Shown: piece by piece, positions 12,101-24,100 of the stretch
Position numbering within the stretch: the first letter of the stretch is position 1
Layout: every line of letters starts with the position of its first letter
Source of the DNA: Podarcis gaigeae
Lineage: Eukaryota
Length of the DNA: 64,000 nucleotides
Assembly: GCA_964106915.2 (NCBI GenBank)
Contig: OZ066916.1
Direction: 5' to 3' (one strand)
Program-made: the position numbers and the translations under genes
Notes under the pieces: generated by a model
The model's database searches: none
Told to the model about the DNA's origin: nothing
What the model saw: the letters and a program-made list of their open reading frames with translations, nothing else

Positions 12101-15100
12101 AATGATTCTCTTCTTACATCACTTAAGCTTTCTATGTTGGAGACAGCCTATTCTGCAAGATCATGCATATCTGTAGTAAATTCAAAATAAAGATGAATGC
12201 CTTCTATTTTAAGAATGTGCATGTTGGGGATTTAAATGTCTTACGTAGAACTGAGTTTTATGCACAAAACGGATGATTAAAGCAAACCAGTTAATCCTTT
12301 TGGTTCACGTATTACTGTTTCTCCTTAATTAGATGGCCTTCGAAGAATATTGTGTCAAGTTGGCTTACAGGAGGGACCAGAAGGAGAAAACTCTTCTCTT
12401 GTGGATAAACTAATGCTATCCGATTCTAAACTCTGGAAAGGTGGGCTATTCCTTCTTGTTTTAAGAATCTACCTGCACCACAGTCTGGTTGCTGGGAACA
12501 CATCTTCTTTCACACTGCTAGAGCAGCCTAGATAAATCAAAGCAAAAAGCAGCTTTGATGAGAGGGATGGGCACAGATGTTAGGTACTCAGATACAAAAT
12601 TCATATATCTTCATTTACTCCTTGGTGGAAGTCTTGGTGGAAGGCACCGTCAAGAGGAAAGTGCTGCTCAGGATATCATAAGAAGCAAGGCTAGAAGTAA
12701 TGAGGCATTGATCTCTGCCAAGCTCAATCTAAGCCATACAAGCATCCACACCTCTGAATTTCTGGAGCAGCAGAGCTGTAGACTGTGGGTGCTTTTTAAT
12801 GCTGTGCTATGTCTTGCTATGCTTCCTGTGCTCTACTGTGCAAGGCTTCCCCCTTTTGGACACCTTCCCACATGACTGGTGTAAGATGCTGCTGCTGCAT
12901 AACAACAACAACAAATTGATTGACTGACTGACTGACTGAATGACTGTTTATTATTTATATCCCGCCCATCTGGCTGGGTTTCCCCAACCACTCTGGGTGG
13001 CTCCCAACAGAATATTAAAAACAAGATAACTTGTTATCTTGATATCTGAAGAAGTGTGCATGCACATGAAAGCTTATACAAAGAATAAACTTAGTTGGTC
13101 TCTAAGGTGCTACTGGACAATTTTTTAATTTTTTTATATATTTCAACTGCGTCAGACCAACACGGCTACCTACGTGAATCTAAAAACAAGATAAAACATC
13201 AATCCTTAAAAGCTTCCCTAAACAGGGCTGCCTTCAGATGTCTTCTAAAAGTCAGATAGTTGTTTATTTCCTTGACATCTGAAGGGAGGGCATTCCACAG
13301 GGCGGGTGCCACTACTGAGAAGGCCCTCTGCTTGGTTCCCTGTAACCTCACTTCTCGCAGTGAGGGAACCACCAGAAGGCCCCCGGAGTTGCTTTTTTGG
13401 TAAAACAATTCTTTTAAGGCTGCAATCCTAAACACACTTAATAGGGAGTTAGCCCCACTCAAGTTGTTAGGACACCTTATCTTCATGACAACTTAACAAA
13501 ATGATTTAACTATTTCAGTCTCTACATCAGCACATTGTCAAAACTTGATGATTGCTCTAAAGTTATTTGGATGATGCTGTCATATAATAGTCCTCCACAT
13601 TGATATATATCTTTCTTTTTTTAAACAACAACAACAACAGGAGCTAGAAGTGTGTACCATCAGTTATTCATGAGCAGCCTACTTATGGATTTGAAGTACA
13701 AGAAGCTCTTTGCTATCCGATTTGCAAGGGTGAGTAACTTTCTTAATGAAAAATACTTTAAAATGCAAAGTCTGACCTTTCAAGTATAATTATTATTATT
13801 ATTTATACCCTGCCCACCTGGCTGGGTTTCCAAACAGAAAATTAAAAGCACAATAACACGTCAAACATTAAAAACCTCCCTAAACAGGGCTGCCTTCAGA
13901 TGTCTTCTAAAAGTCAGATAGTTGTTTATTTCCTTGACATCTGACGGGAGGGCATTCCACAGGGTGGGCGCCACTACCGAGAAGGCCCTCTGCCTGGTTC
14001 CCTGTAACCTCACTTCTTGCAGTGAGGGAACTGCCAGAAGACCCTTGTAGCTGGACCTCAGTGTCTGGGCTGAACGATGGGGGTGGAGACGCTCCTTCAG
14101 GTATACTGCGCTGAGACTGTGTAGGGTTTTAAAGGTCAGCATCACATAGTGGAACACATAGAATGTTACAACAAATCAGGCATGGCCAAACTTGGCCCTC
14201 CAGCTGTTTTGGGACTACAACTCCTATCATCCCTAGCTAACAAGACCAGTGGTCAGGGATGATGGGAACTGTAGTCCCAAAACAGCTGGAGGGCCAAGTT
14301 TGGCCATGCCTGCACTAAATAGTAACAACCTGGTGCCGAAGGCTCCTTATGCCTTTTGGAGTTCTGGGTTGTACATGGTATTCCTGCATGAAAAAGGACT
14401 GCCTGATGATTTGATGTTTGGGCAGATCTGCATGTATTGTTTAGATGCGTGCACCAAGCTGGCCTCAATATTAAAGTCAATGTGGAAGCTTTGGATCAGA
14501 GCCTAAATGTGGAAATGTATATTCCTATGTGATTTGGATGGCACATGTTACCACTTTTGCTGGATGTGCCTAACAATCCAAATAAAAAAGCTGTTAACCA
14601 AGGTTAAACCAGGCGTAATGGTGAGCTCTGGCTTAATACAAGCCAGAATCATTGTGCTGAAGCTGGCAAATGGCTTGGGCAGGGGGAGGGAGGAGCTCTC
14701 ATTCCTAGCTAACTGTGGTTTATGAAGCCTGAAAGATCGTCTGAAGAGGGCTGTTGTGTTGTGCAATGAAGTCAGCGTCATTTTCGAATAACTTGGAGTA
14801 GTCAACCATGTAATCTGAAAAATAAGAATTATTCTTATATATTGCCCTGCTTCCCAAATATGATCTCTAAATACTGGCTAAACCCAATATTTCCTTATGA
14901 TGACTTCTAACTGACTTCCTTTTGCTTGACACAAGTAACTGTTGCTATAACTGCTTATTAATGGTCTGGTAAATTGTGATGATACTGCAAGTTTGTTTGC
15001 ACTGTTTCTGCACAAATGCAGTTTTTAGTACAAAATCTTCCCATCGCCAGCTTTAAATTTAGTTAGAACATCTGGTCAGTGCAGATTAGAGGTGAATTTC

Positions 15101-18100
15101 CCCCTTGTTGTTTAGAATTATCGGCAGCTGCAGAGAGATTTTATGGAGGATGATCACGAGCGGCCAGTGTCGGTGACTGCTCTCTCTGTTCAGCTCTTCA
15201 CTGTGCCTACTCTGGTGAGTAGTGGTTCCTTTTTTAAACTGATAGTTGGCACCCTTTGCCTTTTTTGCCTCCTTCTTTAATAGAATTATGAGCGATTGCA
15301 GAATGATTATGTGAAAGATGACCACGACAGAGAGTACTCAATTGCTGACCTTTCGGTACAGATATTCACAGTGCCTTCACTTGTAAGTACTTAAATGCTG
15401 ACTGAAACTCTCTTTGCCCCAACTCCCACTCAGATCTAACATTAATAATTTGTTATTGTTTTATACACAGGTAATCAGTCTTGCATAGTTTCATGGATAA
15501 AATACAGATCTCTACCCACAAGGAGATTACAGTCCAAAATAGGCAATGGAGGAAAAAACAGAGGGGAGGGGAAAGAGATTCCCTACTAGTACTTCTGTGA
15601 TAGTATTAGATCACAAGACTCATTTATGTTAAATTAGTAGCTAGAGCATAATAGTTTCATAGTTGAATTCCTGTCCCCAGAGGATCCGTGCTTTAAGGAA
15701 TGGGCAAGGCATTAGGTTGGTGCTTTAGTATACTTTTAATTCATACAAATATTCTCCGTTGAGAACTTCAGTGACAGGTATGGCTGCAACAGTTTCTCCT
15801 TTTAGTAATGTACCGAGCAATTAGAAATATTAACATAATGAATGAAGATACATGAAACATGCTTGTGTTGGAGGCATTTGGCAATAATAGGGAATATGAT
15901 CTGACACGCTTTGAGACACATGCTAATGTCTTTTATATTTCAACTCTGTATCTCAGTCCAGTGAGGAGGTGGAATTGAATGAGGCAAAATTAGTTGTGCA
16001 AAGATCTCTGTATACCTGTAGGGCTCCAGTGCTATGCTTTTGAAATTGGATTAGGGTTACAGTGCCATAGAAATAACATAATTATGGGTGTAGCTATTTA
16101 AGGTGACTGCTTGAAAATTTCCAGTGAATATTATAAAGTGCTGAACATAGTATGAAGAAAATGTACTCCTTTTAATGAGAAAAGTACCAAATGATCGCTG
16201 TTAACTGATTCAGATATGTTAGACTGAATAAATATGGGTAATGTTTTGGTGTAAGGTTAAAGCCAACAGTTGCCTCAGTTACTGAAACATTTTTTCTCTA
16301 GGAAAAGATCCTGTGTACATCTTGGTTGAGATGTAAATAGATTGTTATATTGCCCAAATTGGGTACCTTTTTACAGATCTGATTAAAACCAAGTGAAGCA
16401 AAGCGGGTAATAGAGATTTAGAACAAAAAAATCATGCCAATTAGTACTTGTATGACTCTTTTGTTTTCATATGAGCGATAGACAAAGCCCTGTCAGTCAT
16501 TAAAAATACAATTCCTAGCTATAGACATGGAGTTGTAACTCTTTATTTTATCCTTCAAGGATCAGAGTATTCTCAGGTGATCTCCCACCTAGTAACTGGC
16601 TTTCCTGCCCAGACTGCTTTCGCTACAGAAATAGGACTACCTTATATACACATAAAATAATAATAAAAAAAATTATTTATATCCCGCCCTCCCCAGCCGA
16701 AGCCGGGCTCAGGGCGGCTAACAACAATAAAACAGTACAACACAACATTCTAAAATCATTCATTATAAAATTAATTCAAATCAAACCAATGGCAACCATT
16801 GGGCCAGAGCTCCGCGAAGATTGCCAAAGGAGGGAGTCAGGATGTGCCCTGGCCAAAGGCCTGGTGGAATAGCTCTGTCTTGCAGGCCCTGCGGAAAGAT
16901 GTCAAGTTCCGCAGGGCCCTAGTCTCTTGTGACATAGCGTTCCACCAGATCGGAGCCACGGCCGAAAAAGCCCTGGCTCTAGTTGAGGCCAGCCTAACCT
17001 CTCTGTGGCCTGGGACCTTCAAGATGTTTTTATTTGAAGACCGTAAGTTTCTCTGTGGGACATACCAGGAGAGGCGGTCCCGTAGGTACGAGGGTCCTAG
17101 GCCGTATAGGGCTTTAAAGGTTAAAACCAGCACCTTAAACCTGATCCTGTACTCCACCGGGAGCCAGTGCAGGTATAACCATACACCTGAGCATTCTTTT
17201 GTTAGTTGAGTCTCTTATCTCTGTCATTAGCAGACATGATTGAAACAAACCTTTAAATATCTATTTTGACATAGGCTCGGATGTTAATAATAGAGGAGAA
17301 CCTCATGACTACTATCATCTCAACATTTATGGACCACTTAAGACATCGAGATATACAGGGCAGATTTCAGTTCGAACGGTACACTGCGCTACAGGCTTTC
17401 AAATTCAGACGAGTCCAAAGCCTGATTCTGGATTTAAAGTGAGTGTTTTATACCTAATCAGGCAAAAATATTTTTACATAGATAGCCCAGAATCAGACTG
17501 TAAACTTATTTCTGCTGTACTTCAGGTACGTGTTGATAAGCAAACCAGCTGAGTGGTCTGATGATCTGAGGCAAAAATTTCTAGATGGTTTTGACGTCTT
17601 CTTGGAGTTACTGAAGTGTATGCAGGTAGGTGATTTCTTCTTCTTAAGGTACTTATATTTATCAAGGAGTAACAAATGAGGTGGTACAGGTGACTCTTCA
17701 TATTACTGTTAAAATATTGCTAAGCTTTGGAAATCTATTTTTTACAGTTGCCCCAATTTCAGTAGAGCTAAATATTTCTACAGTTCCCTCTGTAGGCAAT
17801 CAATAGGCAAGATTTGCTGAGTCTCAGCACTGACCCTCCCCTGTTGCTTTGATGCTTCTCTTCTAAATGATTTGGCTTTTTCCTATTTCTGAAGGGCATG
17901 GATCCAATAACCCGCCAAGTTGGGCAGCATATCGAAATGGAACCAGAGTGGGAAGCAGCATTCACCTTGCAGATGAAATTAACCCATGTCATCTCAATGA
18001 TGCAGGACTGGTGTGCTTTAGATGTAAGTTGTATCTCCTTCAGATGTGTTCGGATTAATATGAATGAATAAAATCGCTACATTTTCTTAAGGTTCTCATA

Positions 18101-21100
18101 TATAAACAAACAACATGGTGTGCATCAGTGAAACCAAACTGCTTTAACCACTGGGATCTCCAACATTGCGCACGTTTTTCAGGTAGTGATTATTGGAATA
18201 GACTAGATTGTAGACTTTGTGTTGCAAAAGGAACTGAGAATTGGACTAGTACTTTATATCTCAAGGGGTAGAAGGAAAGGGGATATATATATAAATGTGA
18301 GAAGAATTATCTGTTGCCATCTTGGTTGGAACCATTTTTTCCCTGTCCTTAATCTAAAAAGGAGGGCTGATCATAACAGTGCCCATAATTTTGCAGCTTC
18401 TCCTGTGAATAAGAAATGATAAAATACTTTGAATCTAGTTGCCTTTCTCTTTGGTCAGGACTTCCCATCGCTCCACCTGACAAGATGAGAGCATAGGTGG
18501 CAAATACCCATATCTTGCAGATAGTTCCCCTTTTTGGGCTCAGAGCCCAGCACTTCAAGGATAACATCAAAGCAAGCCAATTAGCTTATATCAAAGCAAG
18601 TGAAAATAAACATATATCATCTCATTGCTACAACCACTACCAATTAATTGTGGGGTTATCTTGACTACCAAGATGGCGTCTGCAGAGCTTCTAGAACACT
18701 TCGCCTTTGGTTCAACACAATTACTTTTTTTTTAAGTGCACTGAGTATTGGTGTAAAGATGCATGCTAATGAAAACTTTAATTTTAAGATCTATTTAGGA
18801 CCTTTCTTTTCTCACTCTTTACACTGAAGATTCTCTGAGTGGCTAATAGTTTAAATACTGAATAACTGAACTGTAACAACAGAAATAAACAGAGCAGCTG
18901 AAGTATCTCAGAACCACGCCATACAATTTTCAAAGCATAAAAATTGAAATGGCCTGGGGGAATAAAAAAGGGAGCATTCCAAAGTTAGGGTACCACAACT
19001 GAAAGGGTTCTGTCTCGGGTTGCAACCTTCCTTATCTTCTGAGGGTGGGGAACATGAAGAAGGGCTTCTGAGGAGGATCTTAATATCAGTTGCCCTAGTC
19101 CAAAACCATTTAGGGTTTTAAATTAGTGGTATGGAAAGGAAAATTGATAAAATACAAATTCCCTTCTGCAAGCAAAATGCCTCTTTCGCATGTGGAAAGG
19201 CTTCCTTAAAACTTAGTGGAAGATCATTTTATGCACGAAATGAAGTGAAATGCACAGATGTTTTTCTGCTTGCAACGGTTTACACAATACCCCATGTTTG
19301 AAATGTAGTTCCATAATCCCTTTGCTTACTATTACACAGCTCCAGATACCTTTTCATGTAACATCTTCACAGAATTATTCTGAGTAAAGTCATTCCACAC
19401 ATCATACTTTTTTGTATTCAACCAAATAAGCTGGGGCTAGGTTTTATCTTGGTACATCTTTAACGTGTATATTTTAATAATTAATAATGCTGTAACTTTA
19501 TGTAGATGAGCCGTGTTTTCTTTGAATAGATTCAATCTTTTTTATAGGAGAAAGTGCTGATCGAAGCATATAAGAAAAGTTTGACCACATTGATGCAATG
19601 CCACAGCGGTTTTACTGATGGAGAGCAACCGATTGACCTCAACATGTGTGGACACTCAGTTGAGACTATCAGATACTGTGTTTCTCAGGAAAAAGTTAGC
19701 ATTCATCTCCCTGTTTCTCGTTTACTTGCAGGTAAGGACTACATATTTGGTTGGTTTTGTGCTGGATTGTTTTAAAGCAGTTTATACAAGCACACTCGAA
19801 GATTAGATATTTTCCTAAACTCTCCCCTTTCATAAGAACTTGCATGAAAGTGGCCTCCCAATTTTTCTCACAGGCCCATATAAGTTCAGCACAAACAGTT
19901 GGGCCTGGTGAGGATTTAACGTCCCCAACCCTAATCTGCGGGTTGACATCTGATTGGATTTTATTCTGATCCTGATCTGATTTGAGGATGTATTTTAATT
20001 GATTGTCTGATTTTAAGTTAATGTGTTATACATTTGATGTTAGCCGCTCTGAGCCCGGCTTCGGCTGGGGAGGGCGAGATATAAATAAAATTTATTATTA
20101 TTATTTGTTTGCTGACTCCTGTCATCATGATTTATCCATAGTCATATGAACTCTAGACCCCTGCTTTATTTATTTTTTTATATGCACTACAAGATTATGA
20201 TATAAACCTGCAATCTGCATGAAACAACTTCATGATTGTGGATATTGCCAAACTCAACTATCACTAATATCTGCACAAGGTTACTTTTCATTTGGTGCAT
20301 ACTATCTTTGGAAATGAACCAGATCATGACAAATAAGTTAACTTGTATTATACCATTGGATTTGTTTGTTTGTTTGTTTGTTTGTTTGTTTGTTTCATTA
20401 ATTAACAGGACTTGTATACTGCTCAACCAGCAAAGCCTCTAACCAGTTTATATAAAATATAGATTAAAGATACTGATAAAACCAGATGTTAAATATAAAC
20501 TGACCTAAAAAAATCAATAATATAAATTATGTATGACACACATATACAGTTACATATTAAAAGACATGTCAAATGTACAAATGTCAAAAGTTTTTAGCAC
20601 AGGGTTGCCGTTCATCTGGAATTTCCCAGACATAGCTGGAATACGACAATTGGAAGCAGTGTCAGGGCAGAAATTGTTGAAATGCCCTGGGAAATCCAGA
20701 CATATGGCAAACCATGTCAGAAGTCTAGATTTTGGCGAATTTCCTTTAAAATAGCTCAAAAACATCATTTTTGTCTGGATTTCCACTTTTTGAAATATGG
20801 CAACCCTATTTTAGCAGGCAGCAAAAACAGAACCATGAAAGTTGCCTGCCCTATATCAATGGGCAGGGGGCTCCAGAATGTCGGTTCTGCCACACTGAGA
20901 TTGATTTCTTTCATGTGTGGAATAAACATAATATGACACATGTAAGAGGCTGTTAAGTTTATGCCCCAACAGGTTCCATTGGTCTCCAAAGGTGGGCAAT
21001 CCAAATGGGCTCACTAACAATAGCCTGACAATGACAAGGGGTTAAAGGTAAAGGCAAAGGTACCCCTGCCCGTACGGGCCAGTCTTGACAGACTCTGGGG

Positions 21101-24100
21101 TTGTGCACCCATCTCACTCAAGAGGCCAGGGGCCAGCGCTGTCCGGAGACACTTCCGGGTCACGTGGCCAGCGTGACATCGCTGCTCTGGCAAGCCAGAG
21201 CCGCACAGGGAAATGCCGTTTACCTTCCCGCTGGTAAGCGGTCCCTATTTATCTACTTGCACCCGGAGGTGCTTTCAAACTGCTAGGTTGGCAGGCGCTG
21301 GGACCGAGCAGCGGGAGCGCACCCCGCCACAGGGATTCAAACCGCCGACCTTTCGATCGGCAAGTCCTAGGCGCTGAGGCTTTAACCCACAGCGCCACCT
21401 GCGTCCCGACAAGGGGTTACCTCCGCATTAAATATTATTATCTGAAGTATAGCACAAAGGCTTCCATTTGAGCAACAGTGATTTCCCTCTCCCCCTTTCG
21501 GCTCTGTGGGGCTTGTGAGACCCTCCAGAACAACTTGTGGTAGGAAGAGAGTGGGGTGACCACTCCAGAGCGTGACTTTGAAGTCCTAGATGTAAGAGTT
21601 AGAAACTGCATTTCCTAGTAAAGCTCTAGTTCTTTTCAGCTTTGCTTGACAATCTCAGTAGGTCCCAGAGTGGCAAAAAATGCAAAAATATTCTTCCCTT
21701 TTTTGTCTTTTGTCAATATAGGTTTGCATGTGCTTCTGAGCAAAAGTGAAGTGGCATACAAATTTCCAGAACAGCTTCCAATGGTGAGTAATATTTAGAT
21801 AAATGTATCTCTAAGGTTCAGATTTTCAAAATAAATTGATTTGAGTACAAAAAAATGTGTTGCTGGTAATAGTGGAGAAATGGAGCAGTGTTTGAGAAAA
21901 GTTGCTTTAGCTGTTGGTTAAATACTTACTTCCAGAACCACAACTGCCAGAATGCCTTTGGAGTAGCCTAGCATTCAGTGCACTGGTGGAGGGTTATATG
22001 GAGATCAGAATTGTTATTTGGGAGACTGGAGTGATCTACAGCAAACGGTAGGTAAGGCCTGGTGAAACGAGATAGTGTTAAAGCATGTTTTCTTTCCTTA
22101 AATCTGGTTAAGATCCCAAGGATACAGTGAATATATGGTTCTGAGTTCCACCTCTGGAGCAGTTTATAGGGTGGTTTCAGTGAGTGATACCCCTCAGAGA
22201 GCTGGAGGGGATGACCAATATTGTGTTTGCACATAACACAAAACCAGGGGTAGTCAACATGGTTCCTTCCTGATGTTGCTGAACCCCTCTTCCTGTCAAC
22301 TCTCATCCTTAACCCATATTAGCTGTTGTTGATGGAAGTTGTAGTCCAACAGCATGTGGAGGCCCACAGGTTTAGTGCTATATGCCTGAGCTGGTATAAG
22401 CTCAAGCCAGGCTTGAACTCTCACACTCCCGCTTCCATTTGCATGACTGGGAGGATAAATTCGGCAGTGTTCAGTTTCTTCTAAGCTCTGCTTGTGATTT
22501 TGTGTGACCCAGAGATTGCAGTTCGTAATAAAACTTTGAATTCGGCTTATTGGGAAAATAATTTGTCACAATCTCTGGTTCGCTTGAAATGACAAGGCAG
22601 CCCTTCATTGCGGGGGGGGGGGGGAGGGGAGGGGGAGGTTGCACCAGATGAGCCCTGGGGTCCCTTCCAACTCTTCAATTCTATGATTCTAAGATTAGGG
22701 AGAAATGAAGCTAAATGCTGCAAATTCTACAAACTGTACAAACATTGTACAAACTGGTTCAGAACACCTGCAGGTTTTTTTTAAAGAGGTAGAATAGGCT
22801 TTCTTTCCATTTATAAATATATTTCAGGGCCCTCACCAAACATGATGAATGTCTAAAGCTTTTTCTCTTGTGTTATGTTCACTTAATGCAGAGTGAACTT
22901 AGTCCACCTATGCTAATAGAACATCCCCTGCGATGTCTCGTTCTATGTGCTCAAGTACATGCTGGGATGTGGAGGCGGAATGGGTTCTCACTTGTTAACC
23001 AAGTAAGTATCGAACATTTATTTGCCCCTCTTTCTGTCATGGGACAATCTGAGATACTATTGCATAAGGAGTTAATTGTCCTAGATCAGTAGCTCACAGC
23101 ATAGCTGTGTGTTATGCTTCCTAGAGAGATAATAACATGGGGGGGGGACTGTGTGCTCCCATTTTTTTCCTGGGTCTTCAAATATTTCTGTCCTTGTTTG
23201 GTTGCTAAACATGTTTACCAAGAAGCAAGTCAATCTGAACTCGTGATTTCTTGTTCCACCCTGTATGTACAGTGAACAAGAAAGTTAAAGTTCTCTGTTC
23301 CTGTAAACTGTCATGCAAGATCTGTTTATGTATATAAACATTGTAAATAGATATAATCAATTTTCATCCTAAGGGTGTTTTTTTTTTAAAAAAAAAATAG
23401 TAGTAAAATACTAAATAAGCTGATCAGCAAGTTGGGAATGCAGCAAGCATTAGCATGCCCAGAAGCGATTTCTGGTATCTGCGTGTGCACAGACACAATT
23501 TCTGGCGCCGCTCAGCGAGTTGCCGCACTGCAGCAGTTTAGCGCAGCATGTGGGGGACTTGCCAAGCGGGCGGCTCGGTTCAGGGGGGGCTTGTGGGCCG
23601 GTAAAACAGTCTTTGTGGGCCGCATCCCGCCCATGGGCCGCACATTGCCAACCCCTGCTTTAAACCATGGCTTGTATGTAATTACAAGATGAGATTTATG
23701 AAAATCGGAAGTAAACCCACAGAAGTTCTTCTCCCAGCTGTGTGGCAGAAGGAGAGGGGAGGTTGGGGTGAGCAGGAAAGGCTTTATTCATGTTCATTCT
23801 GGTTATGCAAATCTCTTTCTGATCTGTATCTTGTATTTCATATGAATTACCTATTCAGTTATGAAAAACATATCTTTGCTCCTCCGTAGATATACTACTA
23901 TCATAATGTGAAATGCAGAAGAGAGATGTTTGACAAAGATATAGTAATGCTTCAGGTAACATTAATGTTATTTTGATGTATGTGTGCTCTTTCCTATTGC
24001 CTGAATATGGTTGTTAAAGGACCCTGAGACGTCACTACTCTGATTGCTTTCTTTAGAAAGGTGGTTTCTTAGGATGCTTTCTCACATTTTCGTATTTGTT

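Larger units (their letters stand above)
12944..13385 (-). mobile_element. L2-clade LINE 3' fragment interrupted by a Penelope-like insert
   Basis: Minus ORF ...[36 protein letters not shown]; AT-rich tail. Confidence 0.8.

Noticed and set aside
14976-15080. C-box-like gtgatga upstream of exon 11A (possible snoRNA)
   Set aside because: No suitably placed CTGA D box or terminal stem.
22612-22638. G-run with G-quadruplex potential
   Set aside because: Low-complexity tract abutting a CR1 tail; no evidence of function.
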